This document shows, one piece after another, positions 39,385 to 53,939 of a stretch of DNA of 64,000 nucleotides; the first letter of the stretch is position 1, and every line of letters begins with the position of its first letter. The DNA comes from Octopus vulgaris. Taxonomy: Eukaryota. A program made the translations under genes and the position numbers. The notes under the pieces are model-generated. The model had not been told where the DNA came from and searched no databases. It was given only the letters and a program-made list of their open reading frames with translations. The stretch spans positions 45,880,001 to 45,944,000 of the forward strand of contig OX597823.1 in NCBI GenBank assembly GCA_951406725.2, read 5' to 3'.

Positions 39385-39828
39385 ATGTGTGTGTGTGTGT
39401 GTGTTTGTGTGTGTGTGTATGTGTGTGTGCTTGTGTGTGTGAGTGCGTATGTGCGTATGTGTGCTTGTGTGTATGTATTTGCTTCGGCTGTATATATACT
39501 GAAGTTGAAACGATATTAAGATTAGCAAGTTCCCTGCACAAAGATGACGCAAATTCGTACAGTGTTCCTTGCTTTTTTAAAGGCGGTGCCCCAGGATGGC
39601 TGCAGACAAGTAACTGAAAAAAGCAACGTAAAAATATATGTGTTTTTGTGTGTATGTCTGTGTACATGTGTGTATGAGTGTGTGTGCGCGCGCGAGTAAA
39701 ATATTAGTTGAGACATAGATACATACATTTAACAGTAGTTACATACGTTTTATTAAAACAGTTTAACCCGTTCCCATGCAACTTAAAGTTCCGAGACCTC
39801 AAGTAGCATGCCGAATCAAACTCTTTTA

Positions 39829-39878
<50 letters not shown>

Positions 39879-39898
39879 TGATGATGATGATGATGATA

Positions 39899-39936
<38 letters not shown>

Positions 39937-39954
39937 AATAATAATAATAATAAA

Positions 39955-40563
39955 GTAGTTCTTGTTGCGTAAAAGAAGTGAAGACGACATTTCAAAACGG
40001 CGTTTATTTTCTGTCGTCGTTCGATTCGTGTGGCACTCATTTCTCAAGTACTTTTGTTTTTCCAGTCTCTTTCAAGTGGGGGGAAATTGTTCTATACGTT
40101 ACGTCTAATTCAGAAGCAAGCTCTCGAACAGTTGTGCGTGGATTGGCTTCGGCTCTTAGTTGATCTTTGTCAATATTCGATGGCCGACCACTACGCTTAT
40201 CATCTTCAAGACTGTCGTCAGCGCTGTGAAATTTCTTGAACCACCATTGTGCTGTTCGTTCATTAGTGGTTCCTGGGTCAAACACATCGTTGATATCACG
40301 AGCTGTTTCAGCAGCTTTTCAGCCTAGCTTGAACTAGAATAAGAAAATTGAGCGAATTTGCTTTTTGTCCATGTTGTATTCAACGTTCCGGAAAAAATAG
40401 CTTAGTTACTCAAAAAGCAAAAGAGTAACAGGATTAGATAGAGCGAAAAACGGGCTTTAAAATGATATATAAAGTCAAAGTAATTTAACGAAAATTAATT
40501 TGAAAATACATCATTGAAAACCAAAATTAGAAATTACGCAAGAACTTTCATGACAACCTAATA
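39955..40563 (-). mobile_element. Mariner transposon (Hsmar1/cecropia-like), 5' half
   Basis: TIR TA-TTAGGTTGTCATGAAAGTT. Transposase MDKKQIRSIFLF*FKLG*KAAETARDINDVFDPGTTNERTAQWWFKKF..LEDDKRSGRPS..TTVRELASEL..*VPHE (WVPHEL motif). Confidence 0.9.
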
Positions 40564-40869
40564 CTTTTATATCAATATATTAAATATATCAATATATTAA
40601 AATCGGTAACAATTATTTTAGATGCTTGTGCACTCTAAAATAAAGCACTCCTATAAATTCGAAGCAGAGTAGTGTAATTTCGGATTATAATATTCAGTTG
40701 ATGAAAATACATAATTTGTTAGTTTTGTTGATATATTGCTTAATATCAGTCTAGGAAGTTATACTGGAGATACAACATGTTAAATTATAGTTTGGTCACT
40801 TATGCATCTTGAATACGAGGTTATAAATAATGAGTTGATGATATTTCTGTGGGAGGGTCTAATAACTTG

Positions 40870-41447
40870 AGAGTATTGACCACATTGTTGCCGGTTGCTC
40901 AATCCTTTCCCCTACGGAATTAACCAGATATTGTTGTGAAAGACCAAAATAATAAAAACTGTTTGTTAATTGACACGAGCATACTCTGTGACCATAACAT
41001 CTCGGCAAAAGAATTTGATAAGCTCAGAAAATATACAGATCTGCTAATCGAAATCGAAAAGACGTGGCATCTAAAGACAGTTACAATACCAGTAATTGTA
41101 GGAGCACTTGGAATGATAAAAAAAAGGAACTGAAAATTATTTTGAGAATGATCCCTGACTTTCCATCCATGCAGGAAGTGCAAAAGATTGTCTTAACTGG
41201 TACGCCACACGTACTGAGAAGAGCATTGTTGCTGTGAATTTTCTTTTCTTATTCCCCTTTATTTTTTTGTTTACTTTTTTGTTTTTATTTTTCTCTATTC
41301 TCTCTGTCATTCTTCTCCTTTTTCTCTATCATATAACCTTGTAAATGAACAATCTGGTGTGTTTATTCTAATAGCCTACCAACGTAGAGAGTGTGCCTCT
41401 CTATCAGGACGATACTCGGCAAGAAATGGAAACAGAATTAAAAGAAG
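40870..41447 (+). mobile_element. R4/Dong 3' fragment with an internal deletion
   Basis: SIDHIVAGCSILSPTE is joined directly to PDIVVKDQNNKNCLLIDTSILCD..KYTDLLIEIEKTWHL..GALGMIKK. 3' UTR as in 16195-16853; (AAT)n/(AAG)n tail. Confidence 0.9.
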
Positions 41448-41560
<113 letters not shown>

Positions 41561-43934
41561 AAGAAGAAGAAGAAGAAGAAGAAGAAGAAGAAGAGCGATA
41601 ATTCCAATCCTGTAAAACATTAGTCTACGTACGAAATAATATTTTGTAAGTAATGGTTAGGTCAAAGCAATGACCTTCCTTCAGATAATATTGTTAATAT
41701 AATAAAATCTGAAAAATTCAGATAACGTAATACAGCTGGTGTATTTGCGGGTATTAATTTCTTTGGAATTAGTGCCAAACATCTGTCAAATTAAATGAAT
41801 AGCACTGATCTCAAAATCTACTTAAACATTGATATTTTAGCAATCCCTTGACAGCAACACTCTACTTCCACCTCAGCCGAATTCTACCGGATTCTCGATA
41901 TGGTACGGCAAGTGCTTCACCGAAAGATTAGCACTCACTGAGAAGAAAAATCAAAGAATATCACGAAAACATGTGGAACCGGGAGAAAATCAAAAAGTTT
42001 ACAAAATAAGCTAAGATAAATCACTGTTATTTTGCTACGCAAATAATGATCTCGTACAATCAGTGTATGGATAAACGTATTATCCATCTACACGTGTACG
42101 TATGTGTTCATCTCTCACTCTTTTTCTCACAATATATATATATATATAATAAATTTTATATTATATATATTATATATAGATATGCATGTGTAAACATATA
42201 AATACTTACATACATACACATACACTTACATATATGTACACATGAATTGTTTGTAATTTGTAATAGGAAAGTATAATTGAATTCAATAAACAAAAAATCC
42301 AACGGATTTTCTTGCTATGAAAAGATAAATAAAGTGATATAATAAATCAATAAACCAGAAAAGTATATGAAAATGTAATGAAGTAAAAACGTAGAGAAAT
42401 ATTAATAAATACAATATTGGAAGAGAAATGAAAATGGATAAAAGATTCATGTGTAAGTATGTGTCTAAGATAAAGAAATGTGTGTATTTTTGTTTGCCTC
42501 GATGCACGTTTTCTGTTTACAAGGGTGCATATATATGTGCATTGTTATAATACTCTAAAAAAACTCATAGCCACATACAATACGCACGCACACACACACA
42601 CAGAAATATACTTGGCAAAACTAAAATGCAGAAAAATGAGAAATATGCTATTAAGATCAAGGCGAACAGAAAAGAGACCATAATGAAAGCAACAAAAATA
42701 ATCACGATAGCAGTGTTGTCACTGAATATATAATAGATAAATATGTGTGATGGGTAATTGTGGATATATTTATCAGGATAAGTGCGTGTATACATGAGTG
42801 TCTGTGAATGGATGCGTGTGTGTATGTATCTGTCGAGACTTACTGCACGTATCGGTATCGTGTATCTTTATAGCTATGTTATCACAGTTTGATAGCCTGT
42901 TCACGAATAAACATTTGTAAAACCCATCATAATATATATTTATAAGCCATAACTAGCTACCTTTCACACATATATTGTATTCATAGTAATATAAAACAAA
43001 CAGAAATGTATTGAAGATAATATTCGAAAGAGGATTGAAATGAAAAAGGTATGAAAGAATTCAAGAACGTTAAATCATCTCATCTGGTTTGGTAAAACAA
43101 TCTGCTCTGGTTTTCTCAAATTTAATTTCTTTCCTATTTCATGATCTCCAAATATTACATTTCCTATCCTTGTTGAAAATAGACTGTATTGCGCCAAAGC
43201 AGCTGCTGCTCTCTACGAAAGAAAAAAGGAATATTAATGCCTCATACAGCTTAGAGAAAATTTAGCAAGTAATAATTAGTGTATGTATGTATGTTTATAT
43301 GTATGAATGTATATACAGTGGTGTTCCATATATGAACTAAAATAACAATAGCTCCAAGATACTATGCAACTCATGTGAATGTGCACGACATATATTGTTG
43401 TTTCTGTCATACACCGTGACTTTGTGGTTTGGTAAGGGAAAACACTCTGTTCAAGCCTCTTGGCTAAGTAGTATAGTTTTCCTTCGATTTTACATTTAAA
43501 CAGAGAAATTAAAGGGTATTTAAAATAACTTGCCATGTTTCTCATATATTATGATCAAGGAAAAATTCGGAAAAGTCCTATAAAAAGATGTTTTAGGATT
43601 CGAGCAAGTATTTGTGGAAGTGGTGACATTTAGTAAAAAACTGAATTTAGATAAATCCCGGATTTATTTGTTATTAAAGTCTAGCTTTTTCGTAACTGCC
43701 TGTTTTAACCACTTATATTAGTATGGTCTGCTTCTCTCAAGAATTTTCCACTTGATGGTAAAGTACGAGTCATGTCTTTTATATACCACACGTAAATCGA
43801 TAATGGTGTTTTCCTCTTCGACCTGGGTCAAAAGGACGATATGTAGATACAATAACGATGCTTTAGTCGGTATGTTAGCATAGTGTTTGCACTCTATGGC
43901 CTACTTTGAATTAGAGTAGCTATCATCTTCTAGC

Positions 43935-44057
43935 GCAGGAATTCTGAGTTCCGTTCCACTGCGTGGCACCGTGGGTAAGTGTCTTTCACTATAGCCTCGG
44001 GCCGACCAAAGCCTTGTGAGTGGATTTGGAAAATGGAAACTGAAAGAGGCTCGTCGA

Positions 44058-44145
<88 letters not shown>

Positions 44146-44372
44146 GCATGTATGTATTAATGTGTCTGTGTTTGTCCCCCACCATCATCGCTTGACAAAC
44201 GATGTTGGTGTGTTTACGTGTCAGTAACTTAGCGGTTCGGCAAAAGAGACCGATGGAATAAGTACTAGGCTCACAAGTAATAAGTCCTGGGGTCGATTTG
44301 TTCGACTAAAGGTGGTACCTCAGCACGTCCGCAGTCAAATGACTGAAACAAGTAAAAGATAAAAGATCAAAA
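43935..44372 (+). mobile_element. Family-A SINE, 5' slightly truncated
   Basis: Similar to 25609-26023, with an expanded internal (TA)n. Confidence 0.88.
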
Positions 44373-44575
44373 GATTATAGGTGTATTGCAGCCTTAGAGA
44401 ATGATTTGGCTGGAGCATATCCTAGTTTCCATGGGGTATTATAAGTAATAGAAATACTCGATCCCACAGCAAGGTTCGCCTTTTCAGCTGAGTGGACTAT
44501 AACAGCGATAAGTAAAATGTCTTTCCCAGATCATAGTTTTGTAATCTTGTTAACGTTGTTGTTGTTGTTGTTGTT

Positions 44576-44698
<123 letters not shown>

Positions 44699-44699
44699 T

Positions 44700-46070
44700 C
44701 CATTTCACTTCTCAGAGTTCTACATTCCTTCTGCTCTTCAGATAAGCTCTTCTAGATATTCCTACATTGCCTCAGCAATGACTTCTATCATAAGTTTCTA
44801 CATAAGGGAGAGACAAAAGACAGACCTAACGTTGTCAAAATCATTTCCTTTACTAGATTCCTTCCAGCACATGATCGTTCTCCCAAAGGTTAAACATTCT
44901 GGTAACCTCTCTTCACTATTCAAGATTTTATTCAGCTGCTCCGCAATTCTATGAGAAAGAGTCCTCAGCTTTTTCAGCTAGAACACTTGTACCCCGTCTC
45001 TAAAGGGAGCTTTCCAATTTGACATCTTTCTACACTGGGTAATTATCATATCAGATGTTACATCTAATTCTTTTTGTTAATTATCTCCAATGTCGTCTTT
45101 TATTTTACCCAGCCCCTCCACACTTCTAGTGTGCCATTTTTCTACAATCTAGATATTACTCCAAAACTTCTTGCTTATGTCGCATCAGGAATTACATCAT
45201 TCCTAACCGTGTCATTCATCTCCTGATAAAATTTCTTCTGATCTTATTGGAAGCATACATTCAGCTTATGCAACATTTCTCGATGTTCGTACCTCTTGTT
45301 TCAGCTCTTCAATGACCGTAGTAATCTTCTTTGTCCTGATCATGTACTTTTCTGTAACTTTTTTCTTAATTCACCTCAGCTTTTCTTTTCCCAGGATATT
45401 AATATATTTCCTAAGTATTTTGACGTCCCCTTTAATTCTCCTTTTCTACCATGGTTCATTGATCTCTTTTGTGCAGTGTGTTTCAGACCTAGATCTTTAG
45501 CAATGTAGACACTTGCAGCGCTGATGAAATTGTTGGTTTCTACGAAGGTTCTAGTCAGTACCTTGTCAACAATGTTGTTTATTTTGTTAGTTATTTCATC
45601 TAACTGCCGTTTTAAGATCGTCTGGATTACTAGCTCCTGATTTAGAGATTCCCAATATATCAGTAATCATCCGTCTGTCTTCTTACGATATATCCTTCAG
45701 TTCGTTGATGTTACTATCACCTCCCGCATCATTTCGAGTATTCACTTCTGCCACTTCCTATTGAATTCCATCATTTTTAATACTCTCATCCCCATTTGAA
45801 TTCCCAACATTCTGAGCTTCTATTTCCTTCACACATCCTGGTTTACCTTCTCTTTATCATTTCTATCTCCATCACACATAGATATTCTTTTTGTGTATTG
45901 CCCTGGCATGATCACAAATCCTCTAATCAGTGGATTCAAAGAGCTCTATCTTGTCTGTTGTCGCTCGATACTAGGCACAACTAGTGCATCGAAAAATGGA
46001 ATTACCGTGTTCCTGGCATCCAGGAGTGACTCAAGAGATGCCCTGAACCTGCTACGTTTCAAGGGAACAT
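44700..46070 (-). mobile_element. Old R4/Dong element, N-terminal half to early RT, heavily decayed
   Basis: [51 protein letters not shown]..; upstream FQ*DQKKFYQEMN. Abuts (ATT)n. Confidence 0.75.
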
Positions 46071-46938
46071 AAATCAATACATGTACAGATATATAAGTTT
46101 TATATTTGAATACATTATGTTTTTATGACGTCTCAAGCAGTCGCTCCGCGGCAGTGCAATTCGTCGGCATAAAATGTAATGATGAATACAGTGCATCTAG
46201 TTAACAAGAAATTATCAATACTATTGAAAATGCTCCGTGACGGTAATAGGAATATCAAGTCACCATTTCATTCCCAAAGCAATTTATAGCATTAACTACA
46301 CAGATTTAGAAAACAATACGTAGCAAACTAAACGAAAGAAATTGTAGAAGACGACTTTAAATTATTCTTACAGATCTTTCAAAATCAATGAATTGGGCAA
46401 ACTATAATATTGTGTAATGACGAAATAATGAATCGATGTCTGAAGAAACAAAAGAAATGCGAAAATTTCCATTAGAATAAGAATATTTTTTTAATCTATA
46501 TTCAATTGCAACAAAAATGTTTAAGCATATTCGAGTGAATCAATGCAAAAAAAAAAATAGAAAAATAGAAAAAAGAAACGTTGATTAACCCTCCTTTTGA
46601 AGAAAACGACTTATTTAAAACTATAAGCATAACCCATTTACAGATAATTCAGTCCAGGAAACATTAAATTACAAAGATTGCAAAATTGAGCAAAGAAGGG
46701 GTCCAAAAGTGATTTGCAAAGACGTCATTTGAAATAGTTTTGCTGATAATTCAAAATCCATGAATTAGGCAAACTATAGAAGCGTCTAATGATGAAATAT
46801 ATCATAAATATGCTATAAAGGAATACGAGGCGAAGACGATTAGCGTGCAATTAGGTGGGGGACATCTAAACTGAATTGTATGCGTTAATATTCTAATGTG
46901 TCACAACTAAATTACAGTGTTGCTATAATTTTTTTGAA

Positions 46939-46979
<41 letters not shown>

Positions 46980-47036
46980 GCATTTATATATGTATACATA
47001 TATATATATATGTAAATATATATACATATATATATG

Positions 47037-47086
<50 letters not shown>

Positions 47087-47192
47087 TATGTATACATATA
47101 TATATAAATATATATGTATATATATACAATCATATATATGTATTTATATAGATAAGTATATATGTATACACATATATATATATATATGTATA

Positions 47193-47228
<36 letters not shown>

Positions 47229-47315
47229 TGTATGTATGTATGTATGTATGTATGTATGTATGTATGTATGTATGTATGTATGTATGTATGTATGTATGTA
47301 TGTATGTATGTATAT
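46939..47315. repeat. (TA)n plus (TATG)n microsatellite
   Basis: Directly visible. Confidence 0.97.
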
Positions 47316-48703
47316 TCGTAAGTTCTATCTAAAAATATCAGGAACCAGAGTTTGGTGTTGAAAGATGCAGGAGACAAAAGAAAATCTATAAATAGAAAAC
47401 TGCTATAAAATCTAGTTACTGAAATGAGATATCTGAGAGGAATGTAGAATACTTTTATTTTGATTTTAATAAAGGTGGGCATTAGAAACAATAAATATAG
47501 AAGTTTCAGCAATAAAATATGAAGTTATTCGATATAATGCCTAACATAACGGTAACGAAAACAACTAGGTGAGATTATCTTGTCTAGTTCAGCAAGCACC
47601 ATGTTCAAAGAAGCTACTCAATAATAAAGATTATCTCGATTCTTTGAAAGTATACGCCTATATGAACAGACGAATGGTATCGGGAAAGTCTCTCCCCATG
47701 ATCTCCTTTGATTTTACGAATATCATTAAAATTTATAGGTTTGCAGAAAAGGAAGTCGATTTTTAAGTACATTAAGAATATTTGTACTCTTATTTTCCGT
47801 TGAGAAGAAGAATGCTATAAAGTGTAAGATATTTGCATAGTTCTTGTTGAAGCACTTTTAAATGAATCAACTAGAATAAACGGCAATAGAATCCAACTTC
47901 CACTGATAAAGGAAAATAAGTATCTAATGGAAATAGCTACACTGTACATTTGTAAACATTGCCAGTTAGAACAAGTTGCGATATATCATGAAAAAGAGAA
48001 TAGATAAGTGCCATTACGTAGAAGAGAAAGGCTAGGAGAATAGGATTCTGAAAGATGCCAATCACTTAAAGAATGTGTTTATTTTTTTAGATTTCAAGTT
48101 TTTAACAGACATAAAGTAGTATATAATAGAATTTATAAACCACAATATCTTTAATTTATTTAAGAAAGACAAAAGTAAAGAATTAGATACATTTTGATTT
48201 GTTTCTTTTCTGGAGTGTAAAAATCGTAGGTTATTGTACGTCTGTCCTTCTAATATAGTGTTAATAATAGATAAATAACTATTACATGAATAGTGGCTTG
48301 AATTTCCATGCAAGAATCTCATCAATGACATTGATGCAATTTGTAAAGAGTTTACTTCAGAAGTATCTTAGCAGAATAGGTAGTTTAAACTACTACTTGA
48401 AATCGAATTTTTATAATTTTTTCCTAATCATAATACTGGATATATAAATTTATCTTTCAAGAGAACTAATTTAAATTCAGTGGACAAACAGTACTAATCA
48501 ACTGTGTTAGTTCCAAGTTGAATGTGATAGATTATTTAGGACAATGATTGTTTGAATAATAAATCCCCTAACTGCTTAAAAGAAACATGTTGGGGATCAA
48601 AGACCCTTCAAAAAATATAATGTAAAACTACCATATGTAAACATAAAAAAGAATAACGCATATTTCTGTTACCAGAATAAGAGGGATAACGTATGCCTAA
48701 ACA

Positions 48704-48739
<36 letters not shown>

Positions 48740-48740
48740 G

Positions 48741-48772
<32 letters not shown>

Positions 48773-48775
48773 CAT

Positions 48776-48813
<38 letters not shown>

Positions 48814-48820
48814 TTACTAC

Positions 48821-48861
<41 letters not shown>

Positions 48862-48887
48862 ATAATAATAATAATAATAATAACAAT

Positions 48888-50940
48888 AGAATTTGTTTAT
48901 TAGCCACAAGGCTTACATAAAATTACATTAAGCAATTACATACAGCAACATAAAAGACAAAAAGAGGACGATCCAATGGGTTTTGCAATGTGTAAACAGT
49001 ATATATATAACGATTAAAAAGAAAACAATTTAATACTCCCAATAGGGAAGGTGCTCTAAGGACCTCGTGAAAAACCCCACAAAAGTCACGGGTGCCTGAA
49101 CAACAGGGCAAGAGCCTTTCTCCTTTTGTTTACAGGTGCACGCACAGAATTGGTCCTTTCACGCTGGCCATTCTTGCAACATCCACCCACCTTTCAACAA
49201 ACTTGCTACAAGGCAACACTTCCCTCTCCACCCTCAACTTCCTTTTCAGGTGAAACTTGAAAAACTTGATGAGGGATTGGCCAAAGAAGAAAGTGCGTCT
49301 TTAGCCCTTTCAAAAGAGTCCACCATACTACCTCTTTCGCTATAGCCACTTGACAAATAGAAATTGCCTTCCTCTCGCGGCCAAAAGAAGGCGGTGGGGC
49401 AATCTTCACAATGGATTCAGCTGATAGCCGAATTCGTCCCAGACGCGACAACAAACAGGTGTTCGACATAAACCCACAGGTCAGCAATACTCGAGTTCTA
49501 GACTAGAGCGTGCAGAACAGTTTCATCGTTCTGGGAGCACTTCGGACAGGCCCTGTTGACGGCACTTTCATGACTGTAACGCTTATCTCGAACAGACAGC
49601 GCCCCTCGGTAGCACTGCCAGGCAAGGGAATGCTGGAAGTTGTCCATAGGCTCAGGTCCGAAAGTTCTCCGAAACTGACCGGTTAGTTGATCTTCATCGA
49701 TGCCCAGAGTTTCTCAGAGAACGTCACCGCGCTTTCCCTCTGCGCCTCCTCCTCTTTTCTTCCACTGTCTTTTTATTATTTTTTGGGGTGTAACTATTCC
49801 CCCTCTCGACCTCAGTGCTCGAACAGTCCGAGTTGTTTTGATGCGGAAGTGGGGTATTCTCTGGCTGATTCCTTTTTTCTTTGGTGTTGATATGTTGTTG
49901 TTGGTGCAGGTGGTACTACGACTGGTGTTGGTGGTACTCCGGCTGGTATTGGTGATATTCCGGCTGGTGGTGGTTTTACTCCGGCTGGTGGTGGTTTTAT
50001 TCCGGCTGGTGGTTGTGGTTGCACTGCGACTGGTATTGTTGGTGGTGCTCCGACCCGCTGTGCCGCTTCGGCTTGCGGCGTTACTCTGTCCGGTTTTAGT
50101 GGTGCGCTGGTGATTGTTGGAGGCGGCGTCGCTGTTGCTGTTGGTGATGGTGTTGCTTTCTGCTGCTGCACTGGCGGTGTCCCCGCTTCTATTGACGCTG
50201 CTGCTGCTTTTTTCATTTCTTTGTATATGGGGCCGTCGACCTTGAGCTGCTAATCGTCCCACAAAAGTAGCACCTTTGCCGCCTGCCCTCTACGTCCACG
50301 TGAAGCCTCGTGTCGTCTTGTAGATTTATGGCGTCGGGGATAGAATTTATGGCTTCTTGGTCAATTTGAACAAGAAGTTCTAATCACTAATCCTTGACCC
50401 ATCCAGTTTTGTTGGTGCAATTTATGCACCTCCAGTATATTGGCGGTGTCCTCTATATCATAGAGGACAGCCGCCACCAGCTAGCATATAGTTATTTCTG
50501 GGGGGTACTCCATCAATTTTAATCTTCGTCGCGCGCCGACCAAGGTATGTCGGCACGAGAAGGAAATCTTCTGTTTTTTAGGGGCACAGCAAAATGCTGT
50601 CTTATTTCCTTCTCTGTAGCAAAACGGACTTCCACCGTACCGAAGCGCGTTCCTCTTGTCACATAGGCTTCGTTGGATCAAATCGGTCTGATGTTTAAAA
50701 CTCTGTATATTACTGATTTTCGGTCCGTCTCTTTTATTAATTCCTGAGGAGTGTTAAGGAAGACATTCTTAACAATTCCTTTGCATTTTGTAGTTCATTT
50801 TTCCTTAAATTCAATAACCTTTGCCGCAAGATTTGCTATTCGTGTTTGTTTTGTCAGTGTCATTGTTTTTTGTTTCTTTTCTTTCTATTCTTTCTTTCTT
50901 CTCTTTTTCAGGAACAATTTTCTTGGTTTTACAGTTCTAT
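48888..50940 (-). mobile_element. Tx1/L1-clade LINE with nearly all of ORF2 deleted (ORF1 remnant, ORF2 C-terminus, 3' UTR)
   Basis: ORF2 end: SLAWQCYRGALSVRDK..ACPKCSQNDETVLHALV..AKEVVWW..FVERW. ORF1 remnant: IPDAINLQDDTRLHVDVEGRRQRCYFCG plus PPPAG repeats. Minus-strand AATAAA at about 48896-48901. Confidence 0.8.
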
Positions 50941-51039
50941 ATGTTTAAGAGATGAGAAATTGGTTACATTATTTACACTTGACGGATATTTGTCCTCATC
51001 TTGTTTGATGTTAACACAACATTTCAGCTGGATTCTCAT

Positions 51040-51193
51040 TCCTACTATAACATACAGAAAATAACACTACTAGGTACCGCACACATCCTACGTAAATCAT
51101 TTCAATACAGTAAAAATAAGATCCTCACAACAAACCACTGCACATACCCAAGGTACGTAGAGCTGCGCTCGGTAGTGCAGTGAAAAGTCGTGA
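51040..51193 (+). mobile_element. R4/Dong 3' tip, same subfamily as 24484-24862
   Basis: YNIQKITLLGTAHILRKS plus the 3' UTR cacatacccaagg..ctgcgctcggtagtg. Confidence 0.85.
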
Positions 51194-51270
<77 letters not shown>

Positions 51271-51295
51271 ATAATAATAATAATAATAATAATAA

Positions 51296-53537
51296 AGATG
51301 AAGAAGATGAAGGCTAACAACTGGAAACAAAATCAAGAGACAATTAAAATCAATAATATATTGAGAGACATTGAAACAAAAAATATCACAGAAACAAATT
51401 AACTCAACAACGCTGCAACTAGATTGTGGCAGAATGGATTGAGAACTATTGAGAACAGAACATCGACGGTTAGAAGACGAAATAAACAACCTTGGTGAAA
51501 AAGGAATATTTCAGAAGATACCAACTCCATGAGCAGTGTTGTGTCAATACTGGTCAGAAGAAAAGGAGAATTGAAGAATGATCACAAATTTGAAAGTTTG
51601 AAGAAGTATGGTGTAAATACGAAAGGTTTGAATATTGTAATTGAAGAAATGAAGTAGCGTATACTTGCCAAAAAAAAAAAAAAACTAACAGGGTTTGAAC
51701 AAATGATTAAACAATACTGGAGAACCCAGTTGTTCAGAATCGACCAAAAGAAGATTTTATCAAAAATTTAATGATGATACAGAATGTGAAAGATTAGTTC
51801 CTGATGCTGATGAAAGTCGACAGTTTTGGGGTAAGATGTGGAGTAAGCAAGAACAACAATAATACTGCAGCTGAATGGCTCTGCAACCTGAAGCAAACAA
51901 CTTCTTATGCTCAGCATGAAGTATCTTTTTCACAGAAGACAGTATTGGAAATATGAGTAAAAAGATAAGCAATTGGTATGTAGCAGGATCACGTGGTGCA
52001 CAGCGATTCTGAATAGAAATGTTCGGTAGATGCCATAAATTGTTCGCAGAGCAATTTAATGTAATGATCGGTGGAGAAGAAGAAATCCCGGGTTGGTTGA
52101 CAAAAAGAAAGAACAGTGTTGTGTCTGAAGGAGCCATCAAAAGGAATTGCTGCCGACAATTATAAGCTAATTCCTCGTCTCCCATTTATGTGGAAGTTAT
52201 TGTCTGGAGGAATCGCAGAAAAAACTGTACAAATTTCATGACGAGAGCGATATGTTACTATTTGAACTAAAAGGTTGTAGGAGGAGATGCAGAGGTACCA
52301 AATACCAATTATTGATAAACGAAATGATAATGCAAGATTGTAAACGAAGGAGAGCAAATTTGGGAATGTCCTGGGTTGACTATCGCAAAGCTTATGATAT
52401 GATTCCACATACGTGGATCATCGAATGCTTAGATTTGTTTTGAATGGCGACGAGGAATGTAACGTGTTTTCTGAAGATAAGTATGGTGGGGGTGGAAAAC
52501 TGAGTTGACATCTTACGGAAAAAGCTTGGCGCTCTGGGCATCCGAAGAGGGATTTTCCAAGGCGATAGCTTATCTCCGATCTTTCTGTTTTCTGCATGTT
52601 CCCTCTGACCTTGGTATTTAGGAAAATGAACCTGGGATATCAGCTAAAGGGAACGCCTCAATCAGCCATCTCCTATTCGTGGATGATTTGAAGCTGTCTG
52701 GCAGGGATGAGGAACAAGTGAGTTCTTTAGTGAACACGGTACACTGTTTTGGTATTGATGTTAGAATGGATTTCGGACACGAGAAATGTGATATAATGTA
52801 CCTGAACAGAGGCAAGGTATAGTCCCTAGAAAGGATAGAATTACCTTATAGAGAACTAATTAAACAAATTAAAAAGGAAGGCTACAGGTACTTTGGCATT
52901 CTATGGTTTAACGAAATTACAGAGAAGGAAATGAAGGAACAAGTGAGGATGGAATATTTTCGAAGACTAAATTTTGTGCTGCGTTCAAAATTGACCGGAT
53001 GAAATAAGATCCAAACAGTTAGTACATGGGCGATAACATCACTTCGGTATGGAGCTGGAATTATAAACTGGCAAAAAGGGAAATAACTGATGAACATGGA
53101 TACGAAGACTGTGCATGGCACCTTTCTCCATAAGAGTGACACCGACGGACTGTACTTGTCCAGAGGAAAGAGATAGTTTCCAGGATTGTATCGAAACAAA
53201 GAAAAACAGCTTAGGGTAGTATGTAAAAAATATCGTGGAACCATTTCTCAAACATGTGAAGTCTGGCGTCCTTAAAACTGATAATATTGTAAAGAAAGAA
53301 ATACTTAAAGAGGAAAAGAACACGAGAGAAGAAACAGTATGGAAAGAAGAAAACGATGTATGGTCAGTTTGCAAGAGGTATGAACGCCAAGACTGATACA
53401 AAAGACCGGTGGTTATGAACGAGGAGGAGTGACCTGATGATACAGACGGAAGCACTTATATGCGCAGCGCAATAACAAACATTAGGAACTAATTATGTGA
53501 AGTGCAGAATCGATAATACTACCGGGAGCGACTCCTG
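51296..53537 (+). mobile_element. Old decayed R4/Dong element covering the N-terminal region and the whole RT
   Basis: NQLFRIDQKK; [18 protein letters not shown]; [22 protein letters not shown]; RRGIFQGDSLSP; ISHLLFVDDLKL; YRYFGIL; TEALICAAQ. Many stops and frameshifts. Confidence 0.9.
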
Positions 53538-53672
53538 TGTGTTCAACTGGTACTTATTTTATTGACTCCGAAAGGATGAAAGGCGAAGTCGACCTCGGTG
53601 GAATTTGAACTCAGAGCGTGTTGACGGGCGCCATCTCGTCCAGCGCGCTAATGGTTCTGCAAGGTTGCCGCC
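53537..53672 (-). mobile_element. Family-B SINE, 5' part
   Basis: Reverse complement of 53940-54080. Confidence 0.8.
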
Positions 53673-53775
53673 TTATGAATAAGTACCAGTTGAACACTGG
53701 GATCGATCTAATCGACTGGGCCCCAAAATTTCAGGCGTTGTGCCTATAGAAGAAAGGATTCTTCTTCTTCTTCTT

Positions 53776-53840
<65 letters not shown>

Positions 53841-53848
53841 CATTATTA

Positions 53849-53894
<46 letters not shown>

Positions 53895-53902
53895 CATTAT
53901 CA

Positions 53903-53934
<32 letters not shown>

Positions 53935-53939
53935 GATAA

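Noticed and set aside
49700-50262. Three overlapping Pro/Thr/Val-rich ORFs as a host gene
   Set aside because: They derive from a 21-bp minisatellite within Tx1 ORF1.
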